Shown here piece by piece: positions 42,741-52,800 of a DNA stretch of 64,000 nt. Position 1 is the stretch's first letter; each line of letters starts with the position of its first letter. Under the pieces are notes generated by a model. It was not told the origin of the DNA. It worked only from the letters and a program-made list of their open reading frames with translations, and made no database searches. Location: the IMG/VR virus record IMGVR_UViG_3300038393_002131; one strand, written 5' to 3'. The position numbers and the translations under genes are program-made. The DNA comes from a virus. Its lineage: Duplodnaviria; Heunggongvirae; Uroviricota; Caudoviricetes.

Positions 42741-43251
42741 GTGGGGTTCTCCCGGTGGGGTGTCGGTGAGCGTGGACGCTGTTCCGCTGTAAGCGCATCG
42801 TAGCGACGACGCAAAGCGCGCGCTGCTAGACGCGCACACCCCTATTGCAATGCGCGCGCACTCACGCTTCGCGATATGAGAGATGGCCGCTCGGTCTACC
42901 GGAGGGTTCGTGTGCCGGATCGTAACCGTAGCGTTCGGCGTCCCCGTCGCTTAGTCGCGACACCACATGTCGTGGCGACCAGGCCCAACCCATGAAGGAC
43001 CTTTTGACTCGCGCGCTCAAATGGTGTTGATCCGCCGTACACGCGACAGTTTCCTGTCCCGTGGACACAACAGCGGCACCGCTTTTGAGCACCTGTGACG
43101 ATCGACCTCCGGCAGCCCGAGCGGCCACCTCTGCGGTCAGTGTAGCGAGCCGAACCTAAATATGCGTGGTGGGGCTAGCGCAAGGTTCGAGCAAGATGTA
43201 CCGCGCGCGTGCGCGCGAACCACTATGGGCGCGCACGCGCGCGGCGTGTCG

Positions 43252-43614
43252 TCAGGCCGCCTCGAGCTCGTCGAGGCCCGGGCCGTCATCCTTCGGCTTC
43301 GGCGTGGTAGCCGCCTCGATGACCTGCGCAAGGCCAGTCGCCTTGTAGAACCGCTGGTAGAAGGTCTCGCAGGAGGCGTAGATCGACAGGAGCACCGCGA
43401 CGAAGTCGCCGGGTCCCTCGATGTGGCTGTTCGACAGGGTCAGCACCGTGCCGATGACGGCGGCCGCGGCCACCGAGATCAGGGTGCGGGTGCGCGCCGA
43501 GAACGTCGGCCGCGACACGAGCGACACGATGACGGGCGTGACCGCGCCGACGACGGCGCCGATCGCGACGGCGTTCGTCGTCAGGTACGTGAGCAGGGTG
43601 TGCAGGAACTCCAT
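43252..43614 (-). CDS. holin-like membrane protein (~120 aa, 3 predicted TM helices)
   Basis: Start at MEFLHTLL with RBS GGGAGGG; three hydrophobic helices and a charged C-terminus. Confidence 0.45.
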   Translation of the reverse strand: MEFLHTLLTYLTTNAVAIGAVVGAVTPVIVSLVSRPTFSARTRTLISVAAAAVIGTVLTLSNSHIEGPGDFVAVLLSIYASCETFYQRFYKATGLAQVIEAATTPKPKDDGPGLDELEAA

Positions 43615-43684
43615 GGGCCCTCCCGGGGGATGCGGGCCCGCGGGTCGGGCCACAACGCGCCCGAGGGTGGCCGCGAGGGGGTGC

Positions 43685-44248
43685 TTACGTCGCGGCCTCG
43701 GCGGTCGCGGTGGTGACCTCGACCTTGACCTCGGCGGCCGGCGGCGTGCGGGGCGGGAACAGGGGTGGGATGGGCGGCAGGTCCTCGACGCCTACGGCCT
43801 TCATCCGAGCCAGGGCGAGGTGGTCCCACACGGAGTGCTCGACGAGCAGCATCCGCTGGGTGTGCTGGTCGGATTCGAGCTGCCCTACCCGGGAGATGAG
43901 CTCGAGGGTGCGGGTGTCCTGCTGACTGATGATCCCGGCCTGCCGGGACACCTCACGCTGCATCGGCTCGACGAGGGTGAGCGCGATCTGCGTGAGCTTC
44001 TCGGCGGCGTCCGCGTCGGTCTTGTCGGTCTCGGCCTTGACCTTGTCGGCCTCCGCGCTGAGCTTCTGCCGCTCGGCGCGGGCCTTGATGAGGGCGGAAA
44101 CACCCGCAAGGCCGCCGACCGCGCCGACAGGTCCACCGATCGCGACGGCGTAGGTCAGCCACGTTGGCAGCTCGGTCATGGGGTGGTGGCTTTCGTCTCG
44201 TCGGGGTGGTCGCGCGGGGTCGGACCCCCGGGAGGCTGACGAGCCCAT
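43685..44248 (-). CDS. membrane-anchored coiled-coil protein (187 aa; lysis-accessory or spanin-like candidate)
   Basis: RBS GGAGGA before the ATG at 44248; one TM helix then an extended helical region and a Pro-rich C-terminus. Confidence 0.45.
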   Translation of the reverse strand: MGSSASRGSDPARPPRRDESHHPMTELPTWLTYAVAIGGPVGAVGGLAGVSALIKARAERQKLSAEADKVKAETDKTDADAAEKLTQIALTLVEPMQREVSRQAGIISQQDTRTLELISRVGQLESDQHTQRMLLVEHSVWDHLALARMKAVGVEDLPPIPPLFPPRTPPAAEVKVEVTTATAEAAT

Positions 44249-44302
44249 CCCGGGGGTCCTCCGCGAACCCCACCGCGGGACGCACGATCCCTGACGGCCG
44301 AG

Positions 44303-44320
44303 GCTTGTGTCGCGTCCTCG
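44303..44320 (+). repeat. class-II motif copy between the Tal gene and the lysis-region gene
   Basis: GCTTGTGTCGCGTCCTCG. Confidence 0.55.
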
Positions 44321-44327
44321 CGCGGGG

Positions 44328-47300
44328 TCAGCGGGTGTACGTGATGCGCAGGAGCGGCTTGCCGCTGGCGGTGTGGTTGGCGAACCCGAGGTAGTTCGTG
44401 CGCGACCCGCTCACGCCGGGGCCGATGATGACGACGCGGTAGCCGTTCTTGATGACGTTCCACGACCCGACCGGCAGCGTGACCCACTTGCCCTGCCCCT
44501 CGGTGAACGAGATGTAGTTCCCGTACGAGGAGTCGGCCGAGGGTGAGACGGCCGTCGCGTTCGAGATGTTCGTGAGGTTCTGCATGCCGAACCGCTGCGA
44601 CCCGCCGCTCGAGGAGTAGGTGCTGACGCACTTCACGTAGACCTCGACCTTCTGGATGGTCGTCGAGGCGGTGATCGCGCTCGTGATCGTCTTGCCCGGC
44701 TCGGAGCCGCCCGTCGCGGGGTCGGTGAAGGCGATGTGCGCGAACTGGTTGCCGTTGGTCGACGAGTAGTAGCCGGAGAGGACCTTCCCGCTGTCGACGG
44801 CCGTGTTGATGGTGTTGTCGCCGTAGGGGCTGTTGCCGCGGCGGGTCTGGCTGCCCGATGCGGTCCAGTACGTGACGTAGGTCTTCTTCTGCGTCGTCGG
44901 GGTGACGCCACCGGTGGAGTCCGTGCCGCCGGTGTAGAGGGTGCCGCCGCCCTTGTTGCTCTGCCAGGTGTCGGGCACGTCGACCCCGAGGTCCTCGACG
45001 ATGCACTCGAGCGGGTGCGGCGCGGAGGAGCCGCCCCAGTTCTCGAGCTTGAGGTAGTCGGTGGCCCCGGCGAAGGTCGTGCCGACGGTCAGCATCATGC
45101 GGATGTTCCGGGGGGTAGACCCGGCCGCGACGAGGCTCTCCTGCATCGTGAGTGCCGGGATCGGGACGGGCACGCCGTTGGCGGGGAATGGCACGAACAC
45201 GGCCCGTGCGACCTGGCTGTTGCCGGGGATCGACGGCGTCGCGGCCGCGACGTCAGGGCCGCTCGAGATGGTGTAGCGCAGGCGGACGGTGCCGACCATT
45301 CCGGGCGCGCCGGTGTTGGCGGTGAGGGTGCCGCCGGTGAACACGAGGCGGTAGAGCCGGCCCGGCTGGTGCAGCCAGGACACCTCGTAGATGCCGTACT
45401 CGGTGCGGATCTTGTCGATGGTCAGCGCGTCGCGGCGGTAGACCTGCTGGATGGCGCCCTGCGGCAGGCGCGCCATGCGGTCGGCGTGGTCCTCACCGCC
45501 GGGCAGGATCAGCCCCGGGTAGTCGTCGAGGCCGTTCGCGGCGTCGACCGTGTTGACGACGGTCAGCCCGGTGAAGGAGCCGGCGCCCGTGTCGGACACG
45601 CCCGCGACCGCGGCCCCGTCACGGTTGACGGTGAAGTAGGCGGGCCGGTTGGACACCAGCGCGGTCGCCTCGTCGCCCTCGTTATTGAACAGGCGCAGTC
45701 CGGCCGACGTCAGCTCGGAGGCCCCGCCGGCGCCCGCCTCGACCACGGACACGTCATCGAGGTAGACGTAGGTGTCCGCGGCGACGTTGGAGACGGTGAA
45801 CCGCAGCGCGCAGAACAGGTCGGTGGCCGCCGGGTCGACGACGATGTCGCCGCTGTCGCCGCTGTAGGAGCTGCTCGTGATCGACGTGAACGCCGAGTAG
45901 GGCGGGTTCGTCACACCGTCGGACACCGCCACGGGCGCGGCCTCGTTCAGCGTCGACGAGCTCGAGCCGAAGATGGCCTCGACGGTGAGGTTGGCGACGC
46001 CGGCGCCGGACGCGCCAGCACCGTTCGACAGGGCGTACCAGTTGACCCGGTACGTCTTGCCCGCCTCCACTGCGAATGTCGACGTGTAGCCCCGGGCGAT
46101 GGTCGCCGTGCTGCCGGTGGTGTCGACGCCGATGACGAGCCGGCGCACGCCGGTGCGGGCCTTGCCGATGGACCGGTAGACGGTCGCGCCGGTGCCTGTG
46201 CGCGCCTGCCGCCACTGGTAGGTGAGGCCCTGTCCGGGGTCGGTGAAGTAGGTCAGGGCCGAGGTGTCCTCGAACCCTGGGTCGGCGACAAGGTTCGAGC
46301 GCAGCACGCCCATCTGCAGCTTGTCGAGGGTGACCGCGCCGGCCTCGATGGAGTCGGCCTTGATGCTGTTGGCCTTGATGTGCTGGGCCTCGATCGACCC
46401 GTCGACGAGGAGACGGCCAGTGCCGCGGCCGCGGACGCGGATCGCGATGGACTGCGCGGCGGTTTGCTCGGTGCCGTTGGCGTGGTTGAAGAAGATCTGC
46501 CCGACGCGCATGCGGGTGACGCCGGCGTTGGCGACCACCTTGGCGCTGTAGCGGGTCCACACCGTCGGCACGATGAGGTTCTCGACCGGGTAGAGGCCGC
46601 TGACGACACCAGTCGTCTCGGTCCCGATGGCCGTGCTGGTCGCGGCGTGGTTCCCGTCCTGATCGCGGAGCTCGACGTAGATGCGCGAGTTCGGCTTGTC
46701 GGCCTTCACCCACATCTCGAACAGGTACTCGCCACCAGATTCGGGAACGTCCCACCACAGCGACGGCGGCTGATGCGTCGACGCGCCAGCAGCGCTCTTG
46801 AACACGCCGCGGATCTCGGTCGGCCGGTCGACGGTGTCGAGGGTGAACGTGGACGTCGTCGGGAACAGGCCGCCGAGGGTGCCCCACTCCCCGGTGCCGT
46901 TCGGGACGAGGTTGGTGGCGCCGCCGATGATGAGCTGGTCGGCGCCGATGGTGTGGGCCCTGATGATGACGCCGTCGATGGTGTCGGCCTGGATCTGCCC
47001 GCCGTCGATCTTGGTCTGCCCGGAGAAGGTCCACGTGTCGACCCGGGCCTTGGTGTTGGAGGAGTCGGAGAGGGCCTGATCGATGTCGTCGAGGATCTGC
47101 TGCGGCAGGTCGCCCGTGACGAGCGGCTCGGTCGCGATCGACTGCACCGCGGACGGCATCGACCGGTTGCCGTTGACGTCGACGGCGACGAGCCGGAAGT
47201 ACCACGTCTCCCCGTACGGGAGCCCGGTCACGAGCGCGACCGCGTCGGCCTGGTAGAGCCGGTCAACGGTGATGACGCCGCCGGCGAACCCGGAGGACAG

Positions 47301-49001
47301 GCACCGCTCGACGACGACGTGGTCGAAGTCCTCGGGCATCGCCGCAGGCCCGGGCAGGCCCATGCCGTCCCAGCGGCACGACACGACCCCGGCCTTCTGC
47401 GTCAGGACCGGGTCGGTGGGCATGATCGGGGGCGTGGTGTCGACCGGCATGTAGACCGCTTCGGAGTACGTCCAGTCCGACCGGTTGCCGAAGATGTCCT
47501 TGGCGAGCACGCGCGCCCGGACGAGGTCCATGGGCTTGAGCCCGTCGACGAGCTCCTGGGTGTCCTTCGACGTCTTCGCCGCCGACCATGGCGACCCGTT
47601 GATCGCGACCTGCACCTCGTAGCCGTCGAGGTCCTCGAGGATCGTGCCGTCGGAGTCCTGATCGACGAACGGCCATGTGATCGTCGCTTTCGACCGCCAC
47701 ACCTTGCGGATGCCCTCGTCGTACAGGCTGCTGTCACCGGTGACGGTGCACGCCGCGGGCTGCACCGGCGGGATGGTGTCGCGCTGTGGTGCGCGGGGCG
47801 CGGGCAGCCGGACACCGGTGGAGCCGTTGGTGATCGCGGACACCTGTTGCGCGGTGCGCGTCGTCTGCTTGACGAACAGGTCGGCCAGCTCGATCGAGCA
47901 GGTGGGCGCCCGGAACGTGTCGCCCCAGTTCTTCGTGATCGAGCGCACGAGGAGCGGCTGGAACGTCTGCGAGTCGATCTTGGCCCGGTCGTAGTAGATC
48001 CGGTCGCCGACGAAGAAGTCGATGCCCGGCCGCGGCCAGTACTCGCCCGGCCCCGGAGGGTTCATCACCATCTCGAGGGTGAAGGCCTCCTTGAACTGCT
48101 GATGCTGCGACAGCTCACGGTTGCCGAGGTTCGTCAGCTGCGCCGTCTTGGTCAGGCGCCCGTCCGAGGCGAACCCTTCGCGCCGGCCGAACCGGGACGC
48201 GGTGCCGGTGTTGGCGACCTGCACGGTGGCCTTCTTGTCGGCGTCGCCGGCGGCGAGGACGTGGGAAAGGATGTTGCGCCGCGACCGCTTCCGCGGCGCC
48301 GACTGGACGTTCTGGCCGTACCGGAGCATGTCGCTCTTGGTGCCGAAGTACGTGTCGGGCACGAACAGGCGCAGCGTGCGGCCCTCGACGCGGGCGTCGA
48401 CCCAGCCGTCGTTAATCATGTCCGTCACCAGCGAGAGCAGGTTTGTGCCCGCGGGGTAGGTGATGTCGTACTTCTTGGGCCACGCCCGGCCGGCCGAGTC
48501 GGTCGCGGTCACGAAGTCGTACTGCAGCTCGTTGAGGCCGCCGCGGATCTTCGCCTCGTTGATGAGGACGGCCACGATGTTGCCCGGCGTCGCGTCGTCG
48601 AACTTGTACTCCGGCTTGAGGCCGTAGAGGTTCGACCCGGACGCGTTGGCGCCCTTCGGGTAGACGACAGCCTGCTCGAGCACCGACATGTAGCCGCGCG
48701 CGGAGCAGGTCACCCACCGCTTGCGGGTCAGGGCGCTGGCCGGGTCGTCCGTGTCGTCCTCGAGGATGAACAGGTCGCTCGACACGATGCCGTCCTCGTT
48801 GACCGCCAGGAACAGCTCGTCCCGGTCGAGGAAGGCGTTGTTCACCCCGTCGCGCAGGTACTTGAACGTCATCGTGCCCGGCTCGTTGTCGACCGTCTGG
48901 ATGGACAGGTCGGTGAAGTCGGGCATCAGCCCAAGAGCCGTGCCGTTTCGGTCGTACGCGCGCAGAAAGACACCCATAGTGGCCGGACAATGACCGGCCA
49001 C
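44328..49001 (-). CDS. tail-associated baseplate hub / receptor-binding minor tail protein (Tal-like, 1557 aa)
   Basis: Immediately downstream of Dit and TMP; the N-terminal ~350 aa resembles siphovirus Tal (gp27-like) domains, followed by a long beta-rich region; GTG start at 49001. Confidence 0.75.
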   Translation of the reverse strand: MAGHCPATMGVFLRAYDRNGTALGLMPDFTDLSIQTVDNEPGTMTFKYLRDGVNNAFLDRDELFLAVNEDGIVSSDLFILEDDTDDPASALTRKRWVTCSARGYMSVLEQAVVYPKGANASGSNLYGLKPEYKFDDATPGNIVAVLINEAKIRGGLNELQYDFVTATDSAGRAWPKKYDITYPAGTNLLSLVTDMINDGWVDARVEGRTLRLFVPDTYFGTKSDMLRYGQNVQSAPRKRSRRNILSHVLAAGDADKKATVQVANTGTASRFGRREGFASDGRLTKTAQLTNLGNRELSQHQQFKEAFTLEMVMNPPGPGEYWPRPGIDFFVGDRIYYDRAKIDSQTFQPLLVRSITKNWGDTFRAPTCSIELADLFVKQTTRTAQQVSAITNGSTGVRLPAPRAPQRDTIPPVQPAACTVTGDSSLYDEGIRKVWRSKATITWPFVDQDSDGTILEDLDGYEVQVAINGSPWSAAKTSKDTQELVDGLKPMDLVRARVLAKDIFGNRSDWTYSEAVYMPVDTTPPIMPTDPVLTQKAGVVSCRWDGMGLPGPAAMPEDFDHVVVERCLSSGFAGGVITVDRLYQADAVALVTGLPYGETWYFRLVAVDVNGNRSMPSAVQSIATEPLVTGDLPQQILDDIDQALSDSSNTKARVDTWTFSGQTKIDGGQIQADTIDGVIIRAHTIGADQLIIGGATNLVPNGTGEWGTLGGLFPTTSTFTLDTVDRPTEIRGVFKSAAGASTHQPPSLWWDVPESGGEYLFEMWVKADKPNSRIYVELRDQDGNHAATSTAIGTETTGVVSGLYPVENLIVPTVWTRYSAKVVANAGVTRMRVGQIFFNHANGTEQTAAQSIAIRVRGRGTGRLLVDGSIEAQHIKANSIKADSIEAGAVTLDKLQMGVLRSNLVADPGFEDTSALTYFTDPGQGLTYQWRQARTGTGATVYRSIGKARTGVRRLVIGVDTTGSTATIARGYTSTFAVEAGKTYRVNWYALSNGAGASGAGVANLTVEAIFGSSSSTLNEAAPVAVSDGVTNPPYSAFTSITSSSYSGDSGDIVVDPAATDLFCALRFTVSNVAADTYVYLDDVSVVEAGAGGASELTSAGLRLFNNEGDEATALVSNRPAYFTVNRDGAAVAGVSDTGAGSFTGLTVVNTVDAANGLDDYPGLILPGGEDHADRMARLPQGAIQQVYRRDALTIDKIRTEYGIYEVSWLHQPGRLYRLVFTGGTLTANTGAPGMVGTVRLRYTISSGPDVAAATPSIPGNSQVARAVFVPFPANGVPVPIPALTMQESLVAAGSTPRNIRMMLTVGTTFAGATDYLKLENWGGSSAPHPLECIVEDLGVDVPDTWQSNKGGGTLYTGGTDSTGGVTPTTQKKTYVTYWTASGSQTRRGNSPYGDNTINTAVDSGKVLSGYYSSTNGNQFAHIAFTDPATGGSEPGKTITSAITASTTIQKVEVYVKCVSTYSSSGGSQRFGMQNLTNISNATAVSPSADSSYGNYISFTEGQGKWVTLPVGSWNVIKNGYRVVIIGPGVSGSRTNYLGFANHTASGKPLLRITYTR

Positions 49002-49023
49002 GGGTGCTTAGGTCGCGCCCTCC

Positions 49024-49842
49024 TCAGCAGAGGTAGCAGCGTCGGCCGTACACGCCGATGTGCGTCTTGGCGTCGCTGTTGGTGCCCTGCAGCTGGACGC
49101 TGGGCCGGTCCCCCGGCCTGGCCGCGCTCAGCGTGAGGAACCGGCGCCCGGTCGGGTTGATGAGCGCCTGGTTCGCGGTCGTGCCAGAGGAGTCCACCGA
49201 CCACGACGCGGCCTTGAACCGGATCCATGCCCCCGACGGGATCGTGCCCATGTAGGTCAGCGAGTCGCCGTACCCGCCGTCGGTGTTGTCGATGAGCTTC
49301 GGGTTCGTGATCCGGCCGAAGATCGTGAACTCGAGCATCTCGAGCGGCGCCGTCGACGTGGCGAAGTCGTCGAGGTAGAGGGTGTGCGGCATCGTCGACG
49401 ACGGGATGGAGTCCATGCGGTAGGTCTGCACCGACTGCCACACCCCGATCGGCACCGTGAAGGTGATCGAGGCGCGGTACCCGTGCATGCCGAGGTGCGT
49501 CGGGGAGATCGTGCCGGACACCTCGACGTTGGCGTAGACGATCTCGCCACTGGACATCTGCCGCTTCACCTGCACGAGCCGGTGCGGCCGGTACACGGCC
49601 CGCAGCAGGGTCCGCCACGCGTCGTCGGCCTTCTGCCGGGTGTCGCCCATGAGCCACATCTGGATGGTGAACTTGCCCTCCCCGATCACCTTCGGGGTCC
49701 AGATCGAGCCCGACCGGTTCGCGACCGTCAGGTTGTCACCGACCATGGCTGCGACCTCGTCGAGGCCGTCGCGGATCTCCCAATCCCGCACCGTGCCGTC
49801 GGTGAGCTCCCACTCGTCGAACCAGATCCGCTCACGCGCCAT
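49024..49842 (-). CDS. distal tail protein (Dit-like minor tail protein)
   Basis: 272 aa directly after the TMP (ATGA overlap with the TMP stop), beta-rich; position-based call. Confidence 0.65.
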   Translation of the reverse strand: MARERIWFDEWELTDGTVRDWEIRDGLDEVAAMVGDNLTVANRSGSIWTPKVIGEGKFTIQMWLMGDTRQKADDAWRTLLRAVYRPHRLVQVKRQMSSGEIVYANVEVSGTISPTHLGMHGYRASITFTVPIGVWQSVQTYRMDSIPSSTMPHTLYLDDFATSTAPLEMLEFTIFGRITNPKLIDNTDGGYGDSLTYMGTIPSGAWIRFKAASWSVDSSGTTANQALINPTGRRFLTLSAARPGDRPSVQLQGTNSDAKTHIGVYGRRCYLC

Positions 49843-52800
49843 CAGTAGTCATCTCCTGCGAAAAGCCCGAACTGGCCGATGTCGCGAGTCACCTTCGTGA
49901 TCGTCGTGCTCGCCGTCTCCTGGGCGGGGTTGCTGATGAGGACCGAGCCGGGCTCGAACACGATCGAGGGGCCGCTGGCGACCGCGGGCGTAGCCGACGA
50001 CGCGCGGGGCGTGCTCGCCGTGGACGTCACCCGGCTCGCGCCGACCTGAGCCGCCTGCGGCATGAGTGCCGCACCGAACCGGTCCGCGACCTCCTCGAGG
50101 ATTGCCATGGACCGGGCCCGCTTCGCCGGGGACAGCGGAATGTAGGCCTCTCCCCCGGTTTCCGGCTCGGCCCACACTCGCCAGTCGCCGGCGTTGGCGA
50201 TCTCGGCGAGGTGGTTCTCGGTGCCGCGCGCGAACGCCTTGAGGCCCTCGCGGATGCCGCCGTTGCGGAAGAAGTCGACGATGCCGCCGTTCTTCTTGTC
50301 GAGGCCCCTGCGGTCGAGCTGCCGCTCGTTGTGGGCGACGAGGGCGCCCTGATGCCCGACGGTGCGGTAGATCGTCGTCAGCGAGACGGTCTTGTCGTGC
50401 ACCGAGTCGAGGAGACGCTTGGCGAGAGCGACCGCGGCCCGAATCGCCATCGTCTCGGCGGTGATCTGGACCTTCTTCTGCTTGGGGACATCACCGATCG
50501 CGTCAGACAGCCCGTCGACGGTCTCGGTGGTGTAGCCGTATTCCCGCGCCATGGCCTCGGCAGCGGCCTTGGAGCCGAGCATCTTCGTGGCAACGTTGAC
50601 GAACTCGCCCTTGGCCTTGTTCATCGCGGCGCGGGTGGCGTCGACGCCCTCGCCGTTCTTGAGCATGGCCTGCCAGTTGGCGATCGCGTCCGTGCGCAGC
50701 CCCTTGAGCACGCCCTGGTTCGACCGGCCGGCCTTGCTGCTCAGGTCGAGCTTGCCCGTCGCCTTGTCGACGGTCTTGACGTACTCCCCCATGTGGGACT
50801 TCGCCTCGGCGAGAGTGGCGTTGTAGGTCGCCTGCGCCGTGTCGGCGTCGACCTCCGCGTCGGAGATCCCGAGGAGGGTCGCCTTGAGCCGGACCTGCGC
50901 GTCGCGGGCGGCGTCGGTCGCCGTCGCGAGGGCATCCGCCGCGGCCTTGTAGCCGTTGACCTTCGGGGTGGCGCCGGCCGCCGCGTTGCCGTTCTCGTCG
51001 AACAGGACCTTGGCCCGCTGGGCGCCCTGCGAGGCGCGGTCCATCGAGGCGCCGAGGCCCTCCATGATGTCGGCGTCGTCCTTGACGAACAGCCAGTCGA
51101 TTCCGGCGATGTCGTCGAGCTTCTGCTTGGCGTTCTCGAGGTCGGGGCCGCCGTTGAGGGCGGCCTTGGCGAGGTCGTCGAAGTTGAAGCCGAGCTCCTG
51201 CACCCGCTTGATGTCCTCGGCCGACAGGTCACCGAGGAGGGCCTCCTTGACGGTGGCGACGCTCTGGCCGGTGAAGGCGCCGGTCTGCTTGTCGATCGTG
51301 CCGGTGAGGGCGTCGCCGATCTCCTTGGCCTTCGCCTCGTTCTCCATCCACACCGAGATCCCGGCGGCCGCGGCCGACAGCGCGATGCCCCACGGGCCGC
51401 CGAGCAGCCCCATGAGCCCGGACGCGGCCGACTTCGCCCCACTGAGGGCACCCTTGAGGCCCTTGCCCATCCCGGCGCCGCCGCCGTAGCCGAGGGCGCC
51501 GGTGAAGCCGGACATCTGGTCGCGGAACTTGCCGATGTTGCCGCCGGACTTCACCGCGGCCTCGCCGACCATCCTGATGCCGGTGGACAGGTTGCCCCAG
51601 CCGGTCGTCTTGGTGAACGCCTGCAGCTTGGGCCGCAGGAGCAGGAACGCGGACAGGGCGATGGTGGCCGCCTGGACGGGCTTGGGCCAGCCGGCGAGGA
51701 TGCCGGAGAACGACGCGAGCATGGCGAGCGTGGCACCCATGGACAGGGCGCCGCCGGCGCGGACGGTCGCGAAGAACTTGGCGACGATCGGGATGATGCC
51801 CGTGAAGAACCGCAGCGACCGGAACATCAGGAACGCGCCGAGCAGCACGCCGAGGTTCGACGCGAGCTGCGGGCTGGCCTCGAGCAGCGCCATGACGGCG
51901 GTCAGCCACTCGTTGAGGACGCCGAGGACGCTGGCGAGCGGAGACCCCGCGGCGGACAGCTCGGCGAGGATCGTCACGAGGTTGGACACGAACGTGATGA
52001 CCTGCGGGCCGAGGCTCTCGCCGAGCAGCCGCAGGCCCTTCTCGAGCGCCGGGATCAGCTTGGCGGCGATGAGGTCGAGCAGCGCGGCGGTGTGGCCGTC
52101 GGAGGACAGGCGCGCGAGGGCCTTGGCGAGCTCGACGATGACGCGGCCGGCGGCGCGCGCGACCGGCTCGACGGACTCGAACCAGTCGGCGATCTTCTGC
52201 TGGCCCTCGACGGAGGAGGTCCAGTCGTGGAAGGCCTGGATCTGCTCCTGCAGGGTGCGCAGCAGCGAGTCGCCCGTGGCGCGGCCGGCGCGGAACATGT
52301 CCGCCAGCGCGCCGCCGAGGTTCTTGGTCATGTCCCACAGCTGGGCGGCCTTCTGGTAGCCAGTCTCGAACCCGGCCGCGAGGCGGGCCTGCTCGTCGGC
52401 GGTGTCGCCGATGCCCTGGGCCCACTTGCCGAAGTCGCGCAGGACGTCGCCGAGTTTGCCCACGAGCGGCGCGGCCGCGGTCGCGAGGTTGACGGCGCCC
52501 TTGGCGGCGCCGAGGAGGGCGGAACCGAACCCGTCGACGAGGCCGCGCAGCGAGTAGAAGATCGTGTTCGCCTGCCCCTTGAACAGGGGCGTGCGCAGCC
52601 ACGCAGCGGTCTGCTTGGCCGTCTCCCCCATCTCGGTGGCGACACCCTTGAGGCCCTTGCGCAGGATCGGCATGAGGACCTTGCCGGTGGGCTCGATGTC
52701 GTCCTTGAGCGGCTTCCAGAACGCCCCCGAGACCTGCTTCTTGAGCTTGTCGAGCTCGGGTCGGAGCTTCTCGAACTCCTTGCGGATCGGGACGAGGTAC

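Noticed and set aside
42862-43331. ORFs 42862..43128 and 43137..43331 inside the long non-coding gap
   Set aside because: They have no RBS or leader cassette and their composition is atypical. The region is better explained as a regulatory or terminal non-coding segment. Low confidence either way.
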